Assembly (NCBI GenBank): GCA_037190965.1
Contig: JBBCKI010000071.1
Coordinates: forward strand, 1 to 64,000
From: Chthoniobacteraceae bacterium
GTDB taxonomy: Bacteria; Verrucomicrobiota; Verrucomicrobiia; Chthoniobacterales; Chthoniobacteraceae
DNA: 64,000 nucleotides
Direction: 5' to 3'
Position 1 is the first letter of the stretch. Each line of letters starts with the position of its first letter. Position numbers and translations under genes: made by a program. Positions 9,291-18,059 of the stretch are shown in pieces. The notes under the pieces are model-generated. The model worked only from the letters and a program-made list of their open reading frames with translations, made no database searches and was not told where the DNA came from.

Positions 9291-9821
9291 ATGGAAAGCA
9301 CCGCGGCCATCCTGCTCCGCCGCAACCGGTATTCGGAAACCAGCCTCATTGTGACCTGGCTGACGCAGGGCCACGGTAAAATCAAAACCCTGGCCCGGGG
9401 AGCCCTGCGCCCAAAGAACGCCTTTTTCGGAGCGCTCGACCTTTTTTTCGAGGCCGAAATCGCCTTCGCCCGGAGCAGCCGCAGCGAAATCCACACCCTA
9501 CGCGAGGTTGCATTGAGAGATCCTCACGATGGATTGCGGCGGGAGTACGGCCGCGTGGAATTGGCTTCCTACTTCGTGGAGCTTCTTGAGCAGGTAACGG
9601 AGCCGGAGCACCCCGTCCCAGAACTCTATGATCTCTTGCGCCGCGCGCTGGGTTATCTGGAAGCCCATTCGCCCAGCCGCAAGGCGTTGCTCCATTTTGA
9701 GAGCGAACTGGCCCGACTCCTCGGCATCCACGCGGAGGGCCCGGCGTTCCCGGCGTTGGCTCGGCAGATCCATCGCCTGCCCGATGCGCGCCGGGGATTG
9801 ATAGCGAAGCTTTTGGAGTGA
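9291..9821 (+). CDS. recO: DNA repair protein RecO (short form)
   Basis: YSETSLIVTWLT..GKIKTLARGA OB fold; FESELARLLG. Confidence 0.9.
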   Translation: MESTAAILLRRNRYSETSLIVTWLTQGHGKIKTLARGALRPKNAFFGALDLFFEAEIAFARSSRSEIHTLREVALRDPHDGLRREYGRVELASYFVELLEQVTEPEHPVPELYDLLRRALGYLEAHSPSRKALLHFESELARLLGIHAEGPAFPALARQIHRLPDARRGLIAKLLE

Positions 9822-9884
9822 GGGGTTTGCAAGAAAGGCAAGGGCGAGCGCCTTTGGCGTTCCCGACCCACATTTTTTTGCCCC

Positions 9885-10661
9885 CTACGTCAGCCGCACC
9901 GGCACTCCTTCGCCTGCGAGGTAGCGCTTCACATCGCCCACGGTGAACTGGCCGAAATGGAAAATGCTGGCGGCCAGGACCGCATCCGCCTTGCCTTCGG
10001 CCAAGACCTCCGCGAGATGCTCCAGTTTCCCCGCGCCGCCGCTGGCGACTACCGGGACATTGACCATTTCGCTGACGCGCCGCGTGATCTCAAGGTCGTA
10101 GCCTGCCTTGGTCCCGTCGGCGTCGATGGAATTGAGGACGATCTCCCCCGCTCCCAGCTTTACGGCCCGGGCCGCCCATTCCACCGCGTCGAGGCCTGTC
10201 GCCTTTCTTCCGCCGTGGGCAAAAACCTCCCACAGGCCAGGGGCGACCCGTTTGGCGTCAATGGAGACAACGATGCACTGGCTGCCAAAGCGTTCCGCCC
10301 CGGCGGCAATCAGCTCCGGCGTCGCGAGTGCCGAGGAGTTAATGCTGATCTTGTCGGCCCCGGCCTTGAGCATGAGGCTCATGTCGGCGACCGTCCGAAT
10401 GCCCCCGCCCACTGTCAGCGGCATAAAGCATTGATCGGCAGTGCGTTCGATCACGTCGATCATCGAAGCCCTCCCGTGCGCGCTGGCGGTGATGTCGAAG
10501 AAGACCATCTCGTCGGCGCCCTGATCGTTATAGCGGAGCGCCATTTCGACGGGATCGCCCACATTGCGCAGTTCCCCGGCTTCCGCTTTGCCGAACTGGA
10601 CCCCGCGGGTCACTTTTCCGTCATGAACATCGAGGCAAGGAATGACACGTTTTGTCAGCAT
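9885..10661 (-). CDS. hisF: Imidazole glycerol phosphate synthase cyclase subunit
   Basis: [34 protein letters not shown]. Confidence 0.97.
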   Translation of the reverse strand: MLTKRVIPCLDVHDGKVTRGVQFGKAEAGELRNVGDPVEMALRYNDQGADEMVFFDITASAHGRASMIDVIERTADQCFMPLTVGGGIRTVADMSLMLKAGADKISINSSALATPELIAAGAERFGSQCIVVSIDAKRVAPGLWEVFAHGGRKATGLDAVEWAARAVKLGAGEIVLNSIDADGTKAGYDLEITRRVSEMVNVPVVASGGAGKLEHLAEVLAEGKADAVLAASIFHFGQFTVGDVKRYLAGEGVPVRLT

Positions 10662-10850
10662 CTAGGCAAAATAGGTAGGAATTCGGACAGAACAGGGAAA
10701 TTTTTGCCCCGAACCTGTCCTAAATCGGTAAGGCATACCCTGATCGTGTAAAATTAAATTTGCTATCATCAATCTTGACTTTTAAGATCGCGCCCCGGGT
10801 CACAGGGCCACAGGTTTCGTCAACAACCAGCATATTTACGATCACCGGCT

Positions 10851-12332
10851 ATGGGCAATCACGAAGCGGGGGAAACACCAGAATCGATCCATTTCAAAAA
10901 ACCGGCATTTCAGCTTTCCAAGGAGCCGGTGGTCCATGGAAGACCGATCAGCCCCGTGGAGGATGCCCCCCGTTCGTATGAAGTTGCTCCCGGTGATTCG
11001 GGGGAGTCCGCCTTCCAGCCTGAGATTCCTCCTTACGAAGATCTCGGTTCATTGCCAGCGACTTACGGTTCGAAATCGCTTTTCCTCGTGGCCCGCGATC
11101 CCCATTGGTTCTTTAGCTACTGGGACATCGACTGGCAGGAGTTTCCCCGGATCCCCGGGAGCCGGATCATCCTCAAGATCTATAATGCCGATGGAGCGGA
11201 GGTTTATTCCACCCCCGTCAACCCCGATGCTCGCAACTGGTATGCGCCGGTTCCCCAGCAGAACGCCACATTTTACAGTGAGATCGGGTTCATCAACGCG
11301 GAGGGAGCCTGGGAGGTGGTGGCCCGTTCCAACGACGCGCTGACCCCATCGGATTCCATCTCCGACGAGATGGGGGACCGCTTTGCCACGGTCCCGTTTC
11401 ACCTCGCTTTCCAGAAGGTCCTCGACATGGTCAAGGTGAGCATGTCCGAAGGGGAATCGTTACTCTCGGCGCTCTCCCGGCTCCAGAGCGAGGGGCGGCG
11501 GCTTGTTTTTGCCCTCGGCTCCGCGCCGAACTGGAGCGACGAACAGCGCCGTCTTCTGGCCGCGCTCCTCGGCAATGAACTGACCGAGCTTTTCAAGCTC
11601 CCGCCGGACGAGGTCGATCGCCTGTTGCGCAATCAATTGAAAGAACGCCTTTCCAGTGAAAGCTCCAGCGGTTCCCTTCTGGAGGCTCTGTCCCTGCCCA
11701 TGGGGGCCTTCGGCTCCTGGACGGAGCTGGGAAGCTGGGTGCGGGCGGCGGAGAGTTCGTTCTGGAGTTCCTGGCTGAGTTCGTGGAGCGGAGGGCGCGA
11801 AGAACTCCCTTCCTCGTGGCTGGCGTCCTGGGGGGGAGCAAAGGAGAGTGCCTTCTGGAGTTCCTATCTTTCTTCCTGGGGCGGCGAAACGCTCGCTTCA
11901 TGGTCCGCCCCCATCGGCGCGAGCGAAAGCGCGTTCTGGAGTTCCTGGCTTACCTCGTGGGGAGGCGGGCTGGGCGGAGCCTCGGCGTTCGGTTCCCGAG
12001 AATTCGGGGCCAGCTGGAGCGCGCAACCGTTCGGCGCTCCGCGCGAATTCTTCATGCACGTCAACGCCGAGGTGATCTTCTACGGTGGCACGCACCCCGC
12101 CGCAGAGGTCTGGGTGGACGGGCAACCGATCACGCTCAACCCGGATGGCACTTTCCGGTATCACTTTAAGTTTCCCGACGGAAAAACCTCGATCCCCATC
12201 GTCGCGCAATCGCCCGACGGGCGGGAGCAACGTTCCGCCACGCTCCGGTTCGAGCGGCAAACCCAGCGTCGCGGGGATGTCGGAGCGACCGCGCAGCCGG
12301 CGTGGCTGGAGAATCCACCCGGGGGATCCTAG
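10851..12332 (+). CDS. DUF4912-like protein with internal Ser/Trp repeats
   Basis: LPATYG...LVARDPHWFFSYWD, NWY, ARSN; C-terminal NAEVIFYGGTHP...LNPDGTFRYHF. Confidence 0.8.
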   Translation: MGNHEAGETPESIHFKKPAFQLSKEPVVHGRPISPVEDAPRSYEVAPGDSGESAFQPEIPPYEDLGSLPATYGSKSLFLVARDPHWFFSYWDIDWQEFPRIPGSRIILKIYNADGAEVYSTPVNPDARNWYAPVPQQNATFYSEIGFINAEGAWEVVARSNDALTPSDSISDEMGDRFATVPFHLAFQKVLDMVKVSMSEGESLLSALSRLQSEGRRLVFALGSAPNWSDEQRRLLAALLGNELTELFKLPPDEVDRLLRNQLKERLSSESSSGSLLEALSLPMGAFGSWTELGSWVRAAESSFWSSWLSSWSGGREELPSSWLASWGGAKESAFWSSYLSSWGGETLASWSAPIGASESAFWSSWLTSWGGGLGGASAFGSREFGASWSAQPFGAPREFFMHVNAEVIFYGGTHPAAEVWVDGQPITLNPDGTFRYHFKFPDGKTSIPIVAQSPDGREQRSATLRFERQTQRRGDVGATAQPAWLENPPGGS

Positions 12333-12370
12333 GGAGCGCCGAAATCGAGGCTCGCGAGCCGGTAAAAAAA

Positions 12371-12468
12371 CACCACCAGAGAGCTACGACAGAGAGAGTC
12401 AGACGACCGTTGCTGCATTCCTGCCCTGGCGGGGTTAGCCTGCTCTCAATCCGTAGTCCCTGGCGGCG
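12371..12468 (-). ncRNA. ffs: Signal recognition particle RNA (4.5S, small bacterial type)
   Basis: The minus strand folds into a long hairpin (5' CGCCGCCAGGGACUACG pairs with 3' CGUAGCUCUCUGGUGGUG) with a helix-8 core CCGCCAGG-GCA-GGAA-UGC-AGCAACGG, followed by a U-run. Confidence 0.9.
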
Positions 12469-12619
12469 ACCACACTATTGCCGCGAATTGCCCCAATGAC
12501 AATTTTTTTGTCATCAATCGCTTGCAAACGCCAGAGTACGCCGCATAAAGTAAGCGCGCTAATACACGAGTGCGTGATTCATAGGATCACGCATTCCCCC
12601 CATCCCCTAATTCCCCAGT

Positions 12620-13396
12620 ATGGTCAAAATCGTTCTTGGTCTCGTCATTGTCTTGGCTCTCGGCTCGGGTGTCCTCAACCTTACTCGGACCAAAGATACC
12701 ATTAAATCCATCCGCGCGGAGGTTGAAACCGCCAAACAGGAGCTCTCTTCCGCTACCACCCAGCGTGACAAGGCGCTCAACGACGCAAAGGCCGCCGCCG
12801 AGCAGGCTGCCGCCGCCGCCGCCGCCAAGGAATCTGCGGAATCACAGGCCACCACCGCCAAGGCCGATGCCGAAAAAGCCAAGAGCGATCTCGCGGCAGT
12901 CAATCAGCAGATCGCGGCAAAGGACACCGAGCTGGCAGAGCTGAAAGCCAAAGTGGAGGCGGCCGCTCAAACTCAGGAAACTCCTTCCACGGATCTGGCC
13001 GATCTGGAAACCAAACTCAAGGAAGCGCAGACCAAGCTGGAAGAACAGCAGCAGGTTGCGCGCTCGCTGGAAAGCAAGAGCAAGGAGGCCGAACAGCGTG
13101 CCGCCTCTCTCGAGGAAGAAAAAGAACGCCGTATCAAGGGCCTGAATGCCCCGGGCCTCGAAGGCAAAATCCTCGCCGTTGATACCAACTGGAACTTTGT
13201 CGTTCTGAGCATCGGTGATCGCCAGGGCGTCGCGCCCAACTCCACCCTCCTCGTCAAGCGCGGGACCACGCTCGTCGCCAAGCTGCGCGTGACTTCGGTG
13301 GATCCCGCCACCTCTATCGCCAACATCGTTCCCGGTTCCGCCCCGAAGGGCTCCTTCGTCCGGCCCGGCGATGTCGTGATCTTCAGCGGCTCCTAG
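12620..13396 (+). CDS. Membrane-anchored coiled-coil protein with a C-terminal beta domain
   Basis: N-terminal TM, Ala/Glu/Lys coiled coil, GKILAVDTNWNFVVLSIG...VRPGDVV. Confidence 0.8.
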   Translation: MVKIVLGLVIVLALGSGVLNLTRTKDTIKSIRAEVETAKQELSSATTQRDKALNDAKAAAEQAAAAAAAKESAESQATTAKADAEKAKSDLAAVNQQIAAKDTELAELKAKVEAAAQTQETPSTDLADLETKLKEAQTKLEEQQQVARSLESKSKEAEQRAASLEEEKERRIKGLNAPGLEGKILAVDTNWNFVVLSIGDRQGVAPNSTLLVKRGTTLVAKLRVTSVDPATSIANIVPGSAPKGSFVRPGDVVIFSGS

Positions 13397-13407
13397 GCTT
13401 TCGTCTC

Positions 13408-13581
13408 ATGAGGTTCCGCTCCTGCCTTCTCCTCCTGTCCGCCGTCCTCGGCACTGGTCTCCTTTCGGGTTGCGCGACCACAGAGCCCGCCTCCGAAGAT
13501 CGGGTTTCCAGCATCCCTTGGAACCGGCCGGAGCGCTGGGAAGGCGGCGGCCCTCTGGGCGGGATGATGAACACCCAGTAG
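13408..13581 (+). CDS. Small lipoprotein, 57 aa (not in ORF track)
   Basis: MRFRSCLLLLSAVLGTGLLSG|CATTEPASEDRVSSIPWNRPERWEGGGPLGGMMNTQ; lipobox LSGC; starts 11 bp after the upstream stop. Confidence 0.8.
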   Translation: MRFRSCLLLLSAVLGTGLLSGCATTEPASEDRVSSIPWNRPERWEGGGPLGGMMNTQ

Positions 13582-13668
13582 AAGGGAATAAAAGAGATTG
13601 CCGGGCGGCGTTCCCTCCCGGTAAAGGCCTTCTGCGGGTTTTCATAAGACCGCCTCCAAAATTTTCCG

Positions 13669-14679
13669 ATGGGCGGCATTCTCGTCATTCGAGGCGGAGC
13701 GATTGGGGATTTCATCCTGACGCTTCCCGCCATCCGGCTCCTCCGCGAAGCCTTCCCGGAGACACCCGTGGAAATCCTCGGGTACAAGCATATCGTCTCC
13801 CTTGCCGAGGGGCGTTACTACGCGCGGGCCACCCGTTCCATCGAGTACGCCGGTCTCGCCTCATTTTTCATTCCCGGCGGGGCCTTGCCGGACGACTTGG
13901 TCGACTACTTTGCCGAGTTTGATCAGGTCATCAGCTATCTTTATGACCCGGACGGTTTCTTTGAAGGGAATCTTCGCCGCGCTGGTGTCGAGAATCTCAT
14001 CAGCGGCTATTCCCGGATCGATATCGCCCCAGGGGCCGCGCACGCGGCGCGCCAGCTTGCCCGCCCCTTGGAGCGACTCGCTCTTTTTCCGGAGGATGGG
14101 GTGGCAGGGGAGGAAGCCGTCGTCCATCCCAGCGCGGACGATCGCGCTTTCGCCTCCGATTTTTTGCGGGAATTCCGCCGTCTTTACCCGAACCGTCCTC
14201 TGATCGCGATCCACCCGGGCAGCGGCGGCAGGCAAAAGCGTTGGCCGCTGGAGCATTGGCAAAACCTTCTCGGTTCTCTTCGTCAACCGAACGCCCTGGG
14301 CTCCCCGGCGCTTCTGTTCGTAGGGGGTGAAGCCGACGCTGAGCAGATCGCCACTCTCGGCCCGAAATCCGAAGCAGGAGAGCTTTTGGCGTGGGATCTC
14401 TCCCTACCGCGTCTCGCCGCCGTGCTGGAGCAGTGCGCCGCCTTCATCGGGCATGATAGCGGTATTTCGCATCTTGCGGCCGCCGTTCGAACCCCGTCGA
14501 TTCTCCTGTTCGGCCCCACTGATCCCGCCATCTGGGCTCCCGCCGGGAAACATGTTGAAGTGGTCCGCGCCCCCGAAGGGGACCTGGCTCAGCTTTCCCC
14601 GCAGGCGGTTCTGATGCCGTTGGCGAGGATTGCTCAATCTCACCCTGGCTGGCAGTTTGACTTTGTGGATCGATTGTGA
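13669..14679 (+). CDS. Glycosyltransferase family 9 (ADP-heptose:LPS heptosyltransferase-like)
   Basis: GAIGDFIL, HPGSG..KRWP, GHDSGISHLAAA, LFGPT. Confidence 0.92.
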   Translation: MGGILVIRGGAIGDFILTLPAIRLLREAFPETPVEILGYKHIVSLAEGRYYARATRSIEYAGLASFFIPGGALPDDLVDYFAEFDQVISYLYDPDGFFEGNLRRAGVENLISGYSRIDIAPGAAHAARQLARPLERLALFPEDGVAGEEAVVHPSADDRAFASDFLREFRRLYPNRPLIAIHPGSGGRQKRWPLEHWQNLLGSLRQPNALGSPALLFVGGEADAEQIATLGPKSEAGELLAWDLSLPRLAAVLEQCAAFIGHDSGISHLAAAVRTPSILLFGPTDPAIWAPAGKHVEVVRAPEGDLAQLSPQAVLMPLARIAQSHPGWQFDFVDRL

Positions 14680-15383
14680 GCAACGTTGAATCGCAATTCA
14701 AGAGTATGAACCTTGCCAGACAACGGTTGGACGCAGCAATTGCATCGAAGGGCATTTCCAGTGAGCCGATCAGGGCGATGGCTCTTCGATTGCTCGCCAG
14801 GCATCAACCGTGCGGGAGCTTTCTGGACTATGGTGCCGGTGTCGGCGATTTGTTGCGGGAGATTGCCGCTCTGGCCGCCTATTCGGAAATGGCGGGAGTC
14901 GACATCCTGAGCCGCCCGGAGAACCTTTCGGAATCGATCGAATGGTTCGCCCAGGATCTGAACTCTGAATTTTTCATGGAAAAGGAGTTCGATGTCGTGG
15001 TCTCCACAGAGGTCATCGAACATCTTGAAAATCCCCGGGCGACATTCAGGAACATCCATCGACTCTTGAAACCCGGCGGCATCGCGATCATCACCACGCC
15101 AAACCAGAACTCGATCCGCTCCTTCGCCACCCTCATTTTTGCAGGGCATTTTTCGGCTTTCCTGGGGGCGTCCTATCCCGCGCATATCACGGCGCTGACC
15201 ATCCTCGATTTAATGCGAATCTCGAAGGAGACGAACTTCGAGGTACTCGATCTCTGCTTCACTGATAGTGGCGGAATCCCGAAGTTTCCCGGCACCAAGT
15301 GGCAGGACGTCAGCTTCGGTCTGCTTAGAGGCCAGTATTTCAGTGATAATGTGGCCGTTGTTGTCCGCAAGCCAGCCGCATAG
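14676..15383 (+). CDS. Class I SAM-dependent methyltransferase
   Basis: LDYGAGVG, FDVVVSTEVIEH, LKPGG..IITTPN. Confidence 0.9.
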   Translation: MSNVESQFKSMNLARQRLDAAIASKGISSEPIRAMALRLLARHQPCGSFLDYGAGVGDLLREIAALAAYSEMAGVDILSRPENLSESIEWFAQDLNSEFFMEKEFDVVVSTEVIEHLENPRATFRNIHRLLKPGGIAIITTPNQNSIRSFATLIFAGHFSAFLGASYPAHITALTILDLMRISKETNFEVLDLCFTDSGGIPKFPGTKWQDVSFGLLRGQYFSDNVAVVVRKPAA

Positions 15384-15530
15384 GGCTGTCTCGGGTAATT
15401 CTGACGCTATTATCAAAAAAATTGATAGTTTCCGAGAAATCGGTTGCCCGAAACAGAGGTCGGAGCTTTAATACCTCTTTCCGAAAGATCCAAAGCCCTA
15501 ACCCCGTCTTTCCTGTTACCTCTCTGAACC

Positions 15531-16127
15531 ATGGAACGTTACAGAACCTATCTCATTTTTGGTGCACCGGGCAGCGGCAAGGGCACCCAAGGGAAAACAC
15601 TCGGCACGATCCCGCGTTTTTTCCATTGTGCCTGTGGTGACGTTTTCCGCTCCATCGATACCCGCACGGAACTCGGTCAGGCCTTCCTGCGCTACTCCAG
15701 CCGGGGCGAACTGGTGCCCGATGAAATCACCCTCAAGCTCTGGCAGGTCCGCATCAACGATTGCGTGACCGCGCACACCTTCAAGCCCGAGCTTGACGCG
15801 CTGATCCTCGACGGGATCCCGCGCAACGTCCGGCAGGCGGAGCTGATGTCGAAGATCATCGACGTTAAGCGCGTTTTCCATCTTTCCTGCCCCGACCGCG
15901 ATGCGCTCGTGACGCGCTTGAAGAAGCGCGCGCTCAAGGACAACCGGCTCGACGACGCCAATGACGCCGTGATCCGGCATCGCCTTGAGACTTACGAGAA
16001 AGAGTCGAAACCTCTCCTCGACTTTTACGGCCCGGCATTGACCCAGTGCATTGACGCCTCGCAGTCGCCGGTCGCCGTGCTCGGGGAGATTATCCGAGCC
16101 ATCGTCCAGGACGAGCAAGGCGATTAG
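15531..16127 (+). CDS. adk: Adenylate kinase / NMP kinase (short LID)
   Basis: GAPGSGKGTQ, GELVPD, LDGIPRN, RLDD. Confidence 0.9.
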   Translation: MERYRTYLIFGAPGSGKGTQGKTLGTIPRFFHCACGDVFRSIDTRTELGQAFLRYSSRGELVPDEITLKLWQVRINDCVTAHTFKPELDALILDGIPRNVRQAELMSKIIDVKRVFHLSCPDRDALVTRLKKRALKDNRLDDANDAVIRHRLETYEKESKPLLDFYGPALTQCIDASQSPVAVLGEIIRAIVQDEQGD

Positions 16128-16190
16128 AGCGGTTTTGAATTAGGCTGTGTCTGCGAATTGAAAAAAGTGAGGCTTCGGCTGCAAGGAGTA

Positions 16191-16305
16191 CGGCGTCGCG
16201 GAGCTCCGCCCTCCGTTGGCGGGTATTTCGCTCCGGTTTATCAAGAGGCTTTCACCCACGCGCGCTTGCCGCGCGGTAGAGGGAGGGCGGAGTTCCACGA
16301 CGCCG
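16191..16305. repeat. CGTC-type REP doublet family B, copy 1
   Basis: CGGCGTCGCGGAGCTCCGCCCTCC ... GGAGGGCGGAGTTCCACGACGCCG. Confidence 0.85.
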
Positions 16306-16398
16306 CTTTTGGCCAAAGGCCCTCTATTTCTTCTTCTCAATAACTCGGGCTTGCAGGACCTTTTCTTAAACGTACTAATCTTTCAAAATTCGTAACCT

Positions 16399-17355
16399 GT
16401 GCGGATCGTTTTCATCGGCAGCGGCGAGATTGGCATTCCTGCGTTGCAATGGCTCCAGCGGGAACAGGAGCTTCTTGCCGTTGTCGCGCAACCCGATAAA
16501 CCGGCGGGGCGCAAGATGACGCTGACGCCCCCGCCCACCAAGGCGTTCGCGCTCGATCACGGCATCCCCGTGCTTCAGCCGCGCCGCATGCGGGATCCGC
16601 AAGCCATCGCGGAACTCTCGGCGCTCAAGCCCGAGGTGATCGTCGTGATGGCCTATGGCCAGATTCTGCCGAAGGCGGTGCTCGAAATCCCGACGCTGGC
16701 CTGCCTCAATCTCCACGCCTCCCTCCTGCCGAAGTACCGTGGGGCCGCGCCCATCCAGGCCGCCCTCGAAGCGGGGGAGCGCGAAACCGGCATCGCCGTG
16801 ATGTGGATGGATGAAGGGCTCGACACCGGCGACGTACTCCTGATGCAGTCGCTCCCGATCCGGCGGCGTGAGACCGGCGGGTCGCTGCATGATCGCCTTG
16901 CCCTGATCTCTCCCGCCGCCCTTGAAAAGGCACTGGCGCAACTGGCGGCTGGAACCGCGCCTCGCATCCCTCAGGATAACGCCGCCGCCACTTACGCGGC
17001 CAAGCTCTCCCGCGAAAGCGGGGTTATCAACTGGCTCGCGTCGTGCGGAGCCATTGACCGGCGTGTCCGCGCCATGAACCCGTGGCCCGCAGCCTCGACT
17101 TCGATTCCGGCATCGGGCGATCAGCCGGCGCGCAAACTCAAGGTTTTCTCCGTGATTCAGGAGCGTCGTCACGCCGAAGGTGCGAGCGAACCGGGTGTCG
17201 TCCTGCGGGCCGACCGGCGCGGGCTTCTTGTCGCCGCGGGGGAGGGCGCGGTGCTTCTGCGCGAGGTGCAACTTGAAGGCAAACGACGTATGGCCGCGGG
17301 GGATTTCCTGTTGGGTCATCCCGTCGTGCCGGGCACAAAACTGGGCGGCTTGTGA
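16399..17355 (+). CDS. fmt: Methionyl-tRNA formyltransferase
   Basis: QPDKPAGR, AYGQIL, NLHASLLPKYRGAAPIQ, LDTGD. Confidence 0.97.
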   Translation: MRIVFIGSGEIGIPALQWLQREQELLAVVAQPDKPAGRKMTLTPPPTKAFALDHGIPVLQPRRMRDPQAIAELSALKPEVIVVMAYGQILPKAVLEIPTLACLNLHASLLPKYRGAAPIQAALEAGERETGIAVMWMDEGLDTGDVLLMQSLPIRRRETGGSLHDRLALISPAALEKALAQLAAGTAPRIPQDNAAATYAAKLSRESGVINWLASCGAIDRRVRAMNPWPAASTSIPASGDQPARKLKVFSVIQERRHAEGASEPGVVLRADRRGLLVAAGEGAVLLREVQLEGKRRMAAGDFLLGHPVVPGTKLGGL

Positions 17356-18002
17356 AAACGCGCGTGCCATCCCGTTCGTCGCAGAAGACTCGCGAGTCGG
17401 AATTGGAGCGCCATGTTGCGGCATTGCGCGCCTGCGATCGCTGCCCGAAGATGCACAAGCCGGTGGTTTCCGGCGGCCCCGTTTTTAGCAGGGTGCTCCT
17501 CGTCGGGCAGGCTCCCGGCGTGAAGGAGCCGGTCCTCGGGCGTCCCTTTGCATGGACGGCGGGCAAGACCCTCTTCCGCTGGTTTTCGGAGCAATGCGGC
17601 GTTGCGGAGGCCGATTTTCGCGCCTCGGTTTACATGGCGGCGGTCTGCCGCTGTTTTCCCGGGAAGACGGCCCAGGGGGGCGACCGCGTTCCCACGCCAG
17701 GCGAGATCAGGCAATGCGCTTCGTGGCTCGACGCGGAGATCGAAATTTTGCGGCCCGAGCTGGTTCTCCCCGTCGGCAAACTGGCCATCGCCGAGTTTCT
17801 CCCTGCCCAGCCGTTGACCGAGATGATCGGCAAGATATTCCGCAGCCGGCGCGCCGGGGTGGAGTTCGATCTCGTGCCGCTGCCCCACCCGAGCGGCGCG
17901 TCGCCGTGGCATCGGATGGAGCCGGGCAAGAGTCTGCTGACCCAGGCGCTGGCAAAGATCGCCGCGCACCCGGCCTGGCAAAACCGAACACACGTTTCGT
18001 AA
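17352..18002 (+). CDS. Uracil-DNA glycosylase superfamily protein (Fe-S family 4/5-like)
   Basis: CDRCP, VGQAPG, GRPF..AG, RCFPG, PHPS. Confidence 0.88.
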   Translation: MKTRVPSRSSQKTRESELERHVAALRACDRCPKMHKPVVSGGPVFSRVLLVGQAPGVKEPVLGRPFAWTAGKTLFRWFSEQCGVAEADFRASVYMAAVCRCFPGKTAQGGDRVPTPGEIRQCASWLDAEIEILRPELVLPVGKLAIAEFLPAQPLTEMIGKIFRSRRAGVEFDLVPLPHPSGASPWHRMEPGKSLLTQALAKIAAHPAWQNRTHVS

Positions 18003-18059
18003 ACCCCGCTCTTTTCCGGCTTTCCCGTCCTACCGCCGAAACGGTAGGCTCTCGCCGTC

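Noticed and set aside
11751..11966. Trp/Ser repeats as RiPP core peptides or a DGR template/variable pair
   Set aside because: They are internal to a multidomain protein, no modifying enzymes or reverse transcriptase lie nearby, and differences are not adenine-specific
15381..15500. TAGGGCT...AGCCCTA as another MITE
   Set aside because: Only 7 bp of terminal complementarity, too weak to call
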